DNA of 64,000 bases from Octopus vulgaris (Eukaryota). Where the stretch lies: positions 27,528,001 to 27,592,000 of the forward strand of contig OX597828.1 in the NCBI GenBank assembly GCA_951406725.2, given 5' to 3'. The translations under genes and the position numbers were made by a program. Shown here one piece after another: positions 38,646 through 52,837 of the stretch. Numbering within the stretch: the first letter of the stretch is position 1; every line of letters begins with the position of its first letter. A model generated the notes under the pieces. It did not search any database. It had not been told where the DNA came from and was given only the letters and a program-made list of their open reading frames with translations.

Positions 38646-39118
38646 ATATTAATTACTTGTAGGGACATCATATTTTGTTATGCAATCATAATATACCACA
38701 ATGTGTATTAAATGCTTTATAAGTCAATATTGTATCCTACTGTGTTAGCAGTGCTATTAGGAATGTGTTTAATATGTAAAATTGGTACATCCAATACTGT
38801 TGGACTGCTATATTTAGTGGTTATTTAAGCTATGTATTGATGAATGGCTAATGAGTTGGAAGTGGTGCTGATAAAGGAACAGGAACTCTTGAAATAAGCA
38901 GATACACCTATTACCTACCTTTCCATCTCCAGTTGCCTTGTTGCTTACATTATACATATTCAAATATGAAACATTATAACAAATCAGTCCTGGCTATAAT
39001 CATTATGTAGCACTGCTAACACAGTAGAACACAATATTGACTTATAAAGTGTTTAATATAATTAGTGGTATATCATGATTGCATAACGAAATATGGTGTC
39101 CCTACAAGTCATTGATAT
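38646..39118. mobile_element. MITE with imperfect TIRs of about 110 bp
   Basis: 38646-38756 (ACTTGTAGGGACATCATATT...GTTAGCAGTGCTA) is the reverse complement of 39008-39118. Confidence 0.8.
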
Positions 39119-39527
39119 CATGCTCCAATGCCTGCGTTGGCTTGGTTCCTACAGCTGGATGTTGTGTGTGACTGTTGGTTTTTGTTCTGCGGCTTAAAGC
39201 TCAGTATATGAAGGGCAGTCGAATAAAGTATCTTACTTGACAACAAGTAAGAGTTAGCAATAAGAAGGACATCTGGTTGTGGAAGAGTGCCTCAAGAAGC
39301 CTCATCTAAAACATGCCAGTGTAGAAAGAGCCACATTGTGGTGGAGATGGAGTGCCTTTCCTTTTGATTGGTGTACAGTGTTGTTTGTCATCCTTTATGA
39401 TATTCCAGTCTTGCTGTAGGCTTCTTTCTTGTATTTCTTATTTTGCCTTTAAGAATGTGCTTAAGAATTCTAGTGTCCAAGTTTAATCCTATATATGCTC
39501 ACACGGATATATCTATTTATAAAGATA

Positions 39528-39567
<40 letters not shown>

Positions 39568-39789
39568 ATATATATGTATGTGTGTGTGTGTGTGTGTTGG
39601 TGTGTGTGTGTTGGTGTGTGTATGTTGGTGTGTGTTTATATATTCATTCACATATACAGTCATACACATGCACACACACACACACACACACACATGTACA
39701 TATAGTATTTTGTACAATGCCACTCTGCTCTTCTTGTACTTATCATTCAAGGATTTTATATTAAGGAAATTTCACCTATTCTCTAGCAA

Positions 39790-39828
<39 letters not shown>

Positions 39829-41284
39829 TGTGTGTGTGCATGTATGTGCATATATATGTGTGTGTGTGTGTCTTTTTATGAAGCTTCTCAAATATAGAAT
39901 CATGGATATTTTCTACTTCTTTCTTCATTCCTGATTCTGTTATCTACTGTTCTCCTTGTTCCACTTGTCTAACACTGCCTTAATAATCTTAGCTTGTTTT
40001 CTTTTTCAAAGTTTGAAACCAAATTCAAAGTGACAGCTTTTCAAAGCGAAATATTCTCTTTCTAAGGTTTAATTCTTTCCATTTCTTTAGAAGAGTTTAT
40101 TTATTGTATAGCTAGCAGTAACAGTTTGAGTGTAGTCACTGGAACAGAACAAAATAAAAGATGTTTGGCAGATAAAGAAGGTCCACTGGATTAACCATTG
40201 AGAAATGTTTCTGATTACAACATGTTGTCTTGGTCTCTTTCTAGAAGGATGTATTCACTGTAAGTGTATGAGAGGAAGCAGCAATGTTTTCCATTTCTAT
40301 GTGACTTCCATATTAATGCTGTGGATTGAATTGTGTTTCTGTAATATTACTGAGTTTTGGTTTGAAGAATATGGTAAATAATGATAAAATAGAAGGAAAA
40401 TTCTTTTTTTAAAAATTACATTTTGGAAAATAAAAAGATGAGAAATAAAGGAGATAAGAAAAACTGAAGAAATTAGGTGAATGGTAAAACCAAAATACCG
40501 AACGATGTATATAGACAAAAGAGAAAGACATGAAAACCTATAGAAAAATATTTTTGAGTAAGAGGCAATGTTCTTGCTTTGCAAAATTCCAAGAAACCTA
40601 TAGATTGGAATAATCTTGAGTTTGTAGATTTGAAATAAGCTAACCATTCATCCATCCTTGAATAATGCTTGATAGCTATATGCCTTCTCTATACGCAGTA
40701 AAGGCTTTACTCTCTATCATACTTTAACCACTCCCAAGACTTAGCATAACGCCATCCCCCACCCCTCCACACACACACACACATTTAGTGGAGGCTTTTT
40801 TTTTTCCTTTTCTTGTCTTTCAAGTTGCATGGCATCCTCACAAGTGCTGGTGGCATGAAAGAAGCACCCAGAACACTTTGTGAAGTGGTTGGCATTAGGA
40901 AGGGCATCCAACCATAGAAACTATTTCAAAGCTGACCTCAGAATTTGATGCAGTCCTGCAATTCATTGGATTCTGTCAAACTGTCCAACCTATGCCAGCA
41001 TGAAAAACAGGTGTCGAATAAGGAGGAAAAAGATGAGAATAATGTTTTATTTTACACAGATGTAGTTTTTTAAATTTTATTTTATTTACTGATAAGACAA
41101 CAGAAACAGGAAATAAATTTTGAGAAGGTTTAATTTTGGGGAGAGAAAAGCTCCCAACTTTTATAGATTACAAATTCACATTTATACCAAAAATAATTAG
41201 TGTACTTGGTTTAGTTAGTAAATGGTTTAAGTGACAATCTGGAAAAGCTGGAGCCTTCAGAAAAAGAAATCAACATGCTAACAT

Positions 41285-41745
41285 GCTAGGTCTATCCACT
41301 CAGTTGAAGTCGACTCTCGGTTACTCGATGGATCAGTGTCCTCCAATCAGTTCTATCCTGGGCCGCTTCTTTCAGATTGGCTATGTCCATTCCGGTATCA
41401 CTCTTGATGGTGTCAAGCCAGTGGGTTCTTGGTCGGCCTCTTCCTCTCTTGCCACTGACCATTGCGAGCATGATGTCCTTCTCCAGGGATTTTCTCTGCA
41501 TAATATGACCAAAATATGCCAATCTATGCTTGGTGATCCTAGCTTCTAGCAACATTTTCGGTCTGATCTGCTTAAGAACTTCTCCATTGGTGAGCCTCGC
41601 TGTCCATGGAATCCGTAAAAGTCTTCTCCAACACCAAAGCTCGAATGCATTAATTCTCTTCTGGTCAGCTTTCTTTAGTGTCCAGGTCTCATATCCATAT
41701 GTTGCTATTGGGAAGACAATATGCACATTACACATAAAATCTGTA
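41285..41745 (-). mobile_element. RTE (BovB-like) LINE 3' fragment
   Basis: VFPIATYGYETWTLKKADQKRINAFELWCWRRLLRIPWT...YFGHIMQR..LEKDIM..GKRGRGRPR..W.D. Confidence 0.92.
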
Positions 41746-43658
41746 AGCAGAACAGTAAAAATAGGCAAAACTTTTCTCAAGTTCAAAATGTGAAATTTCT
41801 TTTTATCTACAGTTGAACAATAGAGCTTTATATATTTGATAGAAACCAGCATCTTCCATTCAAGAAGACATCAAATAATTAAAAATAGAAGTGAATATAT
41901 GTAATCTTTATTGAAATTATTTTTCATATATATTAAAAAAAAATTGCTTACATTGCGTAGACATAGTTACTAATATTAGAAGAGTAGCAAATATAAACTG
42001 GAGACTAAAAAAAAAAAGTATGATTGAAGAGAACACTTTTAAGAAATGTACTTTTAAGTATTTCAGTTTTGACAATTTGTATTTCTGCTTTTAACTGGTT
42101 CAAGCAATCTCCTTCAGAAATTAGAAATTGTTGCAAATTAGTTCTCTGGTCATAAATTTCTCATGAAATCACAATGAAAGCATTATGTTGTTCAATTAAT
42201 TACTTTACAATTATTTTTCTGTATATTAGATGTTTTAGGACTTATTTTTGTTTTTTGAAGATAAATAAGACTTTCTGTAATGATAAATCTGTGGTTAAGA
42301 AAGAAAGAAAATCAGTTCACAGTTTATTTTAAATGGGAAGTTATGAAAAATTACAGTAGTCTTTCAAGCATATATTTCTATTTCATTTTTAATCATATTA
42401 ATTTTTACTTATCTTTCACTTAACATATAAGAGAATAAGTTAAAAATTTAAATGGCACTTGGCCAAACTTCTGCGATGAAAGCATTGAACTGAGGAACAC
42501 AGGGCCTTGATTTAAATTCCAATAAAACTATCTTGTAGATTTAACAACCTATATCTGGTACCCACATAGCTAGTACATCAAAGTGGAAGTTAAATGGAAT
42601 GCATAAATGACAAGCCTTTTGCAGTAAGATTAGAATCTAACCCATTTTTTTTCTTTGTTTCTTTTTTTTTTTGGCTTCAACTTTGCTCTTTATCTGCAGA
42701 AGCATATGTTTAAATGTATATGGTGTATCAGAAAAACATGAATTGGACCATAAATTTTATTACGACTTGTCAGGGGAATATCAACTGTATTTAAAACAAT
42801 TGTTTTATATTAGTGAAGGGAATATTTTACTATTTAATATTATATTCACATCAGGTACAGGCATGGCTGCATGATTAAGAAGTCTGTTTCCAGACCACGT
42901 GATTTCAGGTTCAGTCCTACTACAAAGCACGTCGAGAAAGTGCCTTCTGCTGTAACCCTAAACTGACCAAAGCCTTGCAAGTTGATTTGGTAGATGCAAA
43001 CTGAAAGAAATCTGTTCGGTTTAGAGTGTTAAGCTTCTAACCATAAGGTCATGGTTGCTGTCCTTGGACTGGGCAGTGTGCTATGGCCTTGAGCCAAGCA
43101 CTTCATTTTACATTAAACTACTCAGCTGGAAACAAAAACAAAAACAAGTACCAGGTCAGTGATGGTACTGCCCCTCCTCTCTGTCTTTAATTGTCGTGTC
43201 TTTGATGACCTTTGGGATCAAGGGTGGGAGAGCTGAGAAGGTGTCAGTATCTGCCTTGCAAGTGATACTTACTGCCTTGTACATGTGTGCGTGTTTGTGT
43301 GTATACCACCTCTGTCTGAGAATGTGTTCATTTTAATTATGCATGTTGCATCAATAGATTGCATTTATAGTGTGACATAATTAATTAATTATTGAACACT
43401 GAGGCATATGTAACAGGTCATGGGTTTGATTCCCTGACTGGGCAACATGTTGTGTTCTTGAGCAAGACACTTCATTTCACATTGCTCCAAGTCCCCCTTT
43501 TGATCAGGAGGGAATGTTGGCCTGCTCTCCTACCCAGTGGAGTGGCATCGTGTGAAGGCTAAAATGATACAAAGCATGCATTGTGACCAGTGATGTGTAA
43601 CAACAGCTGATGACATGGTCAGTCACGTGATCACATGACATGCATGCATAATGAGAGG

Positions 43659-43796
43659 CTCAGGCATGGCTGTCTGGTAAGAAGCTTTCCGAGTTCAGTC
43701 CCACTGCATGGTACCTTGAGCAAGTGTCTTCTACTATAGCCTCAAGCCAATTAAGGTCTTGTGAGTAGATTTTGTAGATGGAAACTGAAAGAAGCT

Positions 43797-43847
<51 letters not shown>

Positions 43848-43962
43848 TATGTGTATATGTATTTATGTCTGTGTTTGTCCCCACCACCACCACCACTTGA
43901 CAACTAGTGTTTTTGTGTTTGCATTTCTGTAACTTAGCAGTTCAGCAAAAATGACCAATATA
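43659..43962 (+). mobile_element. SINE family A (partial)
   Basis: GGCATGGCTGTCTGGTAAGAAGC...CCTTGAGCAAGTGTCTTCTACTATAGCC. Confidence 0.85.
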
Positions 43963-43971
43963 ATTCACTGC

Positions 43972-44040
<69 letters not shown>

Positions 44041-44309
44041 TATTTATATATATACAACTTATTAAAATTATTTGGGGAATAAGCTACAGACTTCCTGTGA
44101 TGTATTCTAAGATCCATGTTATATCGTCCTGTTGTAGATAAGTGAATATTGTCGTTTTCATTAGGAGTTTTTTTCAGGAAGGGTGAATTTAGGTAGTAGT
44201 TCACATTATGTTTACATAGAAATTCACATTATGCAACAGCAGAAACGACCGTAAGGAACTAGAACCTGCTGACAATTTGATTTTTTGCTCTTTTGTTCTT
44301 TTCTGTAAA

Positions 44310-44348
<39 letters not shown>

Positions 44349-45008
44349 TTTGGTTAATTTTAAATCCATCTAATGAATTTAACTGTTATAAAGTTGTTCT
44401 GAAGAATCTTTGTGACTTACTGCAAAGTACATCAAAGTTGTGCCATTAATATCATTAGTTTATCTGGGAAATGGAACTGGGACAGTGAAAATCATGAAGA
44501 ATTAATGGAAACTGAAATGTTATTATTCTAAACTATACGTAAAATACTTTCGGTTTTTCTTTCATGTTTAATTATTAATTAAATGTTTTTTAATTAAAGA
44601 GAATCAAAATTGATCATACTTGTGTTTAGGCACGTGCATGCACACGCACATGCACACACATACACAAACACACACACACACACACAGACTTCACATATAG
44701 TTTGGTGTGAATGAGTTTGTGTTTCTCTCATGTTTGTTGAGTTTTAAACAATGGCTTCCTGTTGGTGTTATTGGCCTGTAGTCCACTGTGAAAGGATATC
44801 CAAGCTTACTGACATGTTGTGACATGTGAAAGTTTTCTTTACAGTTGTCAAGTGGTGGCAGTGGCATGTACTAGCACAAAGACACACACACACACAGAGT
44901 TTTTGTCTACCAAATTCACCCACTGGGCTTTAGTTTGCCTGGGGCTTATTATAGTATTAGACATTTGGCCATGGTGTTGTGCAGTGGTTCTTTACTTGAA
45001 ACAACACA

Positions 45009-45436
45009 GGGATCTTTTCGGTTTGAACGGCAGTTTTTAACATAATTTCTAGGTAACTAAAAAATGTTAAACTTCGTATACTGGTAGGATGTGTTTATAA
45101 AACATCTTTTTCTCTTGGCTTTATTGAGAAAATTCTATAGTTTGTAAGATATTTGTTGTTTTTTTTTCTTCAATTTCTGCAATTTCAACCAATCAGTGAT
45201 GTCCATTGAGGTAAACAACATTCTGTGCCATATGAATATGTCCCTCGTTTAAGAAACCGATTGGGTTTATTTACATTTGTGAAGAAAAAAAGATACCCTT
45301 CCCAGCACCCCTAACCCTAACTAACCCTAACCCTAAAACATTGAAATGCAATAGATTGATAATAGGGTCATAATTATGGGTGACAATTTCATATGACGCC
45401 ACTAGAAAAAACTGCCGTTCAAACCAAAAAGATCCC
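45009..45436. mobile_element. MITE with 30-bp TIRs, probable 6-bp TSD and internal (CCCTAA)n, nested in a SINE
   Basis: GGGATCTTTTCGGTTTGAACGGCAGTTTTT...AAAAACTGCCGTTCAAACCAAAAAGATCCC; flanks AACACA/AACATA. Confidence 0.88.
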
Positions 45437-45669
45437 AACATAGCTGCAAAGTGAGCTTCTTTATAGCCATTTCTGCACCAACAAGAAATACTGATTCACC
45501 GGCTGCATTTTAATGGTTTACCATAAACATAATTGCAAAGGTTTCCTTGCCACCGACTGCACCTGGAAAATCTAAACACCTGTCTTCATGCATTTTTCAC
45601 TTCTTGTTGTATATCCATTGTTAGAACTGAGTAGCTTTATAGTTATCATTTAAGTCCATGTTCTATAAG

Positions 45670-46150
45670 GAGTTCCCTCTCTTAAGAGCATAGGCTGTTG
45701 ATGGCTTTCCTTGACTCTTCTCAAATCTTTTCTGCTTCTCACCAGCTAGATTCCTGGAATTTGTTAATTTATGTTTGTATTCGTGTTTATTGATGGTTCT
45801 TCTTTGACATCAGTGTTTAACACTTATGAAGTTCTAGTTGTCGTTATAGATGTTTTCATATATCCGATATCGGAGAACAAAATCTTAAAAATATAATATA
45901 AAGAAAATGGAAAGTATGATTCTCCCTGATTTTGTTGGTTTAGAATTATCATCAATGCTTTTGTAACTTTGGTTTTTTTTTTTTTGTCTCGGTAAGGATG
46001 TTGGCCCTACACAAATCCATTTTTATTTTTGGAGTGAAGTGATCCATGTAGGCTTCTGATCTATCTTTTGGCCTATCTAGCATGGGAAATTCCTCCAGGT
46101 ATTTGAATTCTCTTGGCTCAGCTCTCAAGGTCATTGAGATACATTTTGGA
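45670..46150 (-). mobile_element. Second bipartite RTE derivative (decayed)
   Basis: 45990-46140 is homologous to 2875-3040; 45670-45760 minus reads like an RTE C-terminus (EAEK...RKAINSLCS). Confidence 0.45.
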
Positions 46151-46981
46151 GGAAGAACTCCACACACAATACTTATTTCTTCTCAAGTCCTTTCTTACAC
46201 ATCATTTCTTCAGCATAAATTTAGACACGTGAAGGGAAAACATTTGGAAATTTGTGGTGCTCACGCAGTTCCAGAGGACACTGGTAATGTAAAGGAATGA
46301 TTTCAGTTGGAAATCTAAAGAGGGCTGCAAATTCCAAACATGAAGTGTTTCCATTGGACCATAATTCCACCAATACTGTTAGCAGATTCTTCTTTTCAAA
46401 AGTTATTCTACCATTTTACCAATGGAATTGAATTTACTTGTTATTTGACAAGAATTTGCTGCTTTAACAACTGAATCTTGCCATCAGAAGAACAAAGTAA
46501 CTCAGACATGTTGCTGTTCCTCTTCATCCAGAGCTGTAAGCAACTGCAGAATATAATTTCTTGATTGTGTGCCAATGAATTCTTCAATTGCTTCCAAGAT
46601 TTCTCATTCCTTTCCTTCTTCCCTGAAAACAAAAAAAAACAAAAAAAATAAAAAAAAAATAAAAAAATCTTGATGGGAGTCATATGTAAAATAACTTCTA
46701 GTATTAAATTCCAAATATGGACAAAGATTTGGCAGAATCACTAGCACACCAGGCAAAATATTCAGCAGAATTTCATCCCGTTATGTTCAGAGTTCCAATT
46801 CCACTGAGGCTGACTTTTGCCATTCATCCTTTCAAGATTGATAAAACAAGCTAATGTGCATCTTGGAGACAGAAATCAGCAGTTATGTTGATCATTTGTT
46901 GTTATGTTTTTCTATTTTAATTTATTCTAATTATTATTATTATTATTATTATTATTATCATTATTATTATTATCATTATTA

Positions 46982-47064
<83 letters not shown>

Positions 47065-47947
47065 GTTGTTGTTGTTATTGTTGTCGTTATTGTTGATTTT
47101 GTAGTTTATTTGTCTGTTTATTTTTTTTTTCAAAACAATTTTATATCATGAAACAAAAAAAAAAAACCCCAACAAAAACAAAACAAAATGGAATTATTAG
47201 CCTGCTATTCTTATGAAATTTATCCTACCATAAAAATCCATAGATTCTTAGAAGTGGTAGCAGGATGTTTGGCTATGTGTACACGTTTGAGGAGACTAGG
47301 CAGTGGTGCTGGTGCTTGATGTTGGTGGTGGTGGTGGTGGTGGCGGAAGTTTTTGTCTTCCCTAGAAGTTTTACAAGAAATAGTGGTGGTGGTGGTGAAG
47401 GTGGCGGAGTTACATAACTGTTATTTGCTTTCTGCCCCAGGTTGTGGAGAGGAAAGCTGCTGCTTTGGAGGTGTCATATATTATGCTCACCTAATTACAG
47501 ACCAAACTGGTCAAAGTACAGAGAAGGGGAAAAAAAAAAAAAATGCAATAGAAGAGAGATGAAACTTTTTTCTTCCCTACCAACTCTGGGATTTTGAAGT
47601 TGAGAGTGCACAAACATAGGGTAGCCTACTCCCAGCTGCTATTTTCTTCCTTCTTGCCTGCCTTGATTGTCATTCTGATTTCGGAATGTCACTATATCAT
47701 GTATTCTTGTCACTGGAAATCTAAAGAATATGCATTTTTTCAATAAATTTCTGGTAGTCTTCAGCTTGTATTGTTATGGTGATTAGCTTCTGTAAGTACC
47801 GCCTCTCCAACAACTCAGACAACAACACCGTATATGATAATCACGGATATTGTCAAATTCTGAAACATTTGGAAGGTATGTATACTGTGTGAGGGAGAGA
47901 GAGAGAGAGTGGGGGTGGGTGGGGGAGAAAGCTTGTGTATGAATGTG

Positions 47948-47984
<37 letters not shown>

Positions 47985-48281
47985 CATACATGTATACAGA
48001 TATGATTGTGGTGTGTGTGTATATGTTGTGTGTATTTATATATTTGTATGTATATGTGTGTGTATATGTGTGTATGTGTGTGTATATAAGTATGTATATA
48101 TGTATATGTGTGTTTATGTGCATGTATATGGTTATATGCATCTATATGTATATGTGTGTGTATTTATATATGTGTTTATATATATATCTACATGTATGTA
48201 TTTGTATATAAATGTGTGCATGTATGTATATGTGAGAGTGGGCATATAGTATGTATACATATACATACAAACATATATTTA

Positions 48282-48322
<41 letters not shown>

Positions 48323-48331
48323 CTATATATC

Positions 48332-48365
<34 letters not shown>

Positions 48366-49595
48366 AGAGAGAGAGAGAGAGATAGAGAGAGGTTAGGAGA
48401 GAAAAGAATTTTGCAGTATTTCGTCTTCAAGTTCCATACTCTTGTTCCCTTTTACTTATTTCAGTTGTTGGATTTGACCATGCTGCAGCACTCCTTAAAC
48501 GGCTTTGGTCGAACACATTGAGTACAGCGCTTATTTCTGAAATCTCTTTTCATCGCTAAGTTGAGACAAGTAAACACAGACTGTCTTTACAGATACAGTC
48601 ATTTAAATAACATCTGTAAAGCATCTCTAACATACAAACAGACTTCTGTACAAATACACACATTCATACACACACACACACACACACCTTCACAATCTTC
48701 TGAAAGTATCCATTCTCTTCTCCCCCACCATGATCCATTTCTGTTCACACATTTTTCCTTGGTCTTCCTTTGCTTCCTCCTTCTTAGTTACTTCTATTTC
48801 CCCAGGTAACTGAACCAACACAACAAACAGCGATACATCTGCTTTATCAAGCTTCGTTAATTATCATTGATAATATTTTGAACAATAATAATTGAATATC
48901 TTAGACAGGAAAACAAAGCCTCTTTCTTATTTACATTTAAAAACTCTTGGTCAAAGAGGGTTTCTTCAGTTCTTTTTCTGTTTGATGTATTATGAGAATA
49001 CAGAAATTTTTGTCTTTGATAATATCTGCAAGACTGACCTTAATCTCCTTGTTGAGCCTGGTCAGGTATGATCCAGATTATTCTAAACACGTTGTTTTCT
49101 TATGCTGTATTTGATGCATAATTATATTTGTCTTTCATAACAACATCATGGAGGCACATGGCCTAGTGGTTAGAGCAGCGGACCCGCGGTCAAGGGATTG
49201 CGGGTTCGAATCTCAGACTGGGCGATGTGTGTATTTATGAGGCTTAAACACACAGCCATGTCTACATCTACATGATGCTGGAAGAATGATTTTATCGATA
49301 CTAATGATACAAATGATTTTATTGTTAATCTTCTTCAGAAGACTTGCATGTCAATAGAAAACTGTACACACATACACACCACATATACAGGCACATTATA
49401 GATGTATATTATATACCATATATATATATACATACACACTATACACACACAGACACAAACATACACACATTAGATCCTGTTTATCTCCGATAGTGATAAA
49501 CAACTTCCATTATTTATGTGTATATATGTATGAATGTGTGTGTGTATTGTCATCATTATTGTCATCATTTAACATTCACTTTCTATGCTGGCATT

Positions 49596-49743
<148 letters not shown>

Positions 49744-50121
49744 TGTATAGATATAAATATATGTATATAGATATATATATGTATAGATATATGTGTGTGT
49801 GTGCATGCGTATACATGCAAACTTCGTATCTTCTTAAGCTTCTTTATCACTTCTATGCTTTATCGCAGCATTACATAATCAACTGATACCCTGTCCAGCT
49901 GATAGGATCTTGCTTTTTAACTGTTCTTATCTCCCTTTTGTTGTTGTTGTTGTTGTTGTTGTTGTCATTTCATTCATAGCCTCATCTTACGATTCTTGTT
50001 GGTTATTGCTGTTGTTGTTGTAGCCATCATATATAGTAAGTAGTCTTGCGGCTATTCATTTGTTACTGTGATCAGTATGTTCATATATCTCATTTATACA
50101 TACATACATAAATATATATAC

Positions 50122-50186
<65 letters not shown>

Positions 50187-50480
50187 GGAGATAGAGTCAA
50201 GTCATGTTGCTAAGATAACATCTCTCTTTACATATATATGTGTGTGTGTGTGTGTGGAGTGATGATATGATGATGATGACGATAATAATAATAATAATCT
50301 ATAATGACATAATGTGATATCATGATTATAATAATGTAGAGATAGTGTTGTCAATATACAAATTATGAGGACTAAATGCTGTGAAGATGGCATTTGCAGT
50401 TTTTTTTTGTTTTCTTTTGTTATCATTCAGTTGCAACTAACTTAACTGTTTGTTAAAAGACCTCTGAGAGGAAGTGATGC

Positions 50481-50536
<56 letters not shown>

Positions 50537-51242
50537 GTTACAAAGGTGTGAATTCTACTAACATTGAAGAGAGGCAACGGTTCTAACAATTATTGCAAGT
50601 GTATGATGACAGTCATGAAAAAAAACTCTTGTCAGATCTAACAACAGCTGTAGTAGTAGTAGTGGTAGTGGTGGTGGTGGTGGTGGTGGTGGTTTTGGTG
50701 GTGGTATGTGTTATAGTAGTAGTAGTAGTAGTAGGTTTTATGGGGGGAAACATACAATGAACACAAAATGAATGCCTTATATCAGAACCTGTCCATTCAC
50801 CCTTGGTCAGTCAGAAATGAGATGTTACCTACAACTTGACTTTGCTAATCATGCATTACACCCCACCATGGCCCCTTACCTGAACATTTCAATTGCCATA
50901 CACACCACCACCACCACCACCACCACCCCACCACCTTCTGCAGCATCATCATTACACTTCGCTCCCTTGGCCATTCTCAGTCATTTTGTTTCAGTATTAA
51001 CAAACAACAAACAAAAAGAAGCAGGAAGAAGTCATAAAATGATAATTAAAAGGTAAGGAATGGTCAACAGACAGACAATATGGTTTAGAATGCAATTAAT
51101 GACCTACATTGGCTCCTTCTTTCTTTCTTTCTTCTCTTCTTCTTTATCCCTTTCATTCTCCCTAGCTTTCTCCTTCTCTCCCTTTCTCTCCCTCAATTGC
51201 ATATCCAACACAAACACAGCTTTATCACCTCATTTGCCTACA

Positions 51243-51668
51243 TACTCTCTTTACTCTTTTACTCTTTTACTTGTTTCAGTCATTTGACTGCAGCCATGCT
51301 GGAGCACCGCCTTTTAATCGAGCAACTCGGCCCCGGGACTTATTCTTTTTGTAAGCCCAGTACTTATTCTATCGGTCTCTTTTGCCAAACCGCTAAGTGA
51401 CGGGGACGTAAACACACCAGCATCGGTTGTCAAGCAATGCTAGGGGGACAAACACAGACACACTAACAAACACACATACATATATATATATATATATACA
51501 TATATACGACAGGCTTCTTTCAGTTTCCGTCTACGAAATCCATTCACAAGGCATTGGTCGGCCCGGGGCTATAGTAGAAGACACTTGCCCAAGATGCCAC
51601 GCAGTGGGACTGAACCCAGAACCATGTGGTTGGTTAGCAAGCTACTTACCACACAGCCACTCCTGCGC
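51243..51668 (-). mobile_element. Full-length SINE family A
   Basis: Reverse complement of 34711-35115. Confidence 0.93.
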
Positions 51669-51928
51669 CACATAATTACAAATAGTATAAAAGATCTAGG
51701 AAATGTTATCCAATTGGCACTCTGTGTGTGTGCATGTGCGTGCACACATGCATGCATTCTCATACACACTTGTTTGTGTATATAATCAACATCATCATCA
51801 TCAGTATCATTGTTTTAATGTCTACACTTCCATGCTTGGATGGGTCAGACAAGGGTATATTTATTTCTTCATTGCCCAACAGGGGGCTAAACATAGAGGG
51901 GACAAACAAGGACAGACAAAGGAATTAA

Positions 51929-52149
51929 CCCATTAGCATTTAAACCGGCCATATCCGGCCAACAGTATTCTGATTGTTTTATGTTCAAACTGGCCAGATC
52001 TGGTCTCTTACACCAACCCTACAATATCGTTTTAAAAATTAACAGCTACCTCATCAAAATCTCATAGCTACAAGATAATGCATGATTAATTCAAAACAAT
52101 GTGGATGAAAAAGGATTAATTTTGGCAGAATAATGGAAACACTAAAGTG
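51929..52149. mobile_element. piggyBac-like MITE with TTAA TSD, nested in a SINE B (about 51862-52235, minus)
   Basis: TTAA|CCCATTAGCATTT...AAACACTAAAGTG|TTAA; inverted relative to the 36435 copy. Confidence 0.9.
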
Positions 52150-52837
52150 TTAAGTCAATTACATTGACCCCAATGCGTAACTGGTACTTATTTAATCAAC
52201 CACAAAAAAAGATGAAAGGCAAAGTCGACCTCAGACAAGAATATATTGCAACAGAATCTTTTAGTTTTTTTAAAGCTGGTTGCCTTTCCTGTCGCCACTC
52301 TTCCACCTCTGTTTCCAAGTGAGAAAGCAATCAAGGAATCGGTGTCAAACCTCAAACACCTTGGATATGTTTTCTGTTGGTAACTGAAGTAACTGACACC
52401 ATTTTAAGGAGCTGTTTGTACAGAAAGATTTTGGAACATGCCAAGACATGCTACAAGACCTGGATATTCTTTTTTGGTAGTCTACAAGCCAATGACACCA
52501 GCAAGAAGCCCATTGTTTACAAATTAGGAAACAGAAGAGAATTATAAACTCACTCAGACTCTGTGTGTGTGTGTGTGTGTGTGTTTGTGTGTGCCGTTGC
52601 TATTATGCAAAAGTGTCGTAAGTCCAAGAAGTTGCTTTTTCAGAAAACAAAAAAATATTTTCACCATTCCATTTCTTTTAAAATTAGCAACAGTTTCAGC
52701 TAAACAAATAATACTTTGTTGGGGCATAAAATTGTAATTCCATGCATGTATGATATTTATAGTCAGTAATATTTTTGCAAAACTGTTGGATGTGGGACTT
52801 ACTACACTTTTGAAAAATGCTAAACCATTGTACTGCA

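Noticed and set aside
45309-45336. Telomere repeat
   Set aside because: Internal to a MITE, not a chromosome end
47765-47875. Short open frame ending at the donor GAAG|gtatgt
   Set aside because: Weak acceptor and no homology recognised
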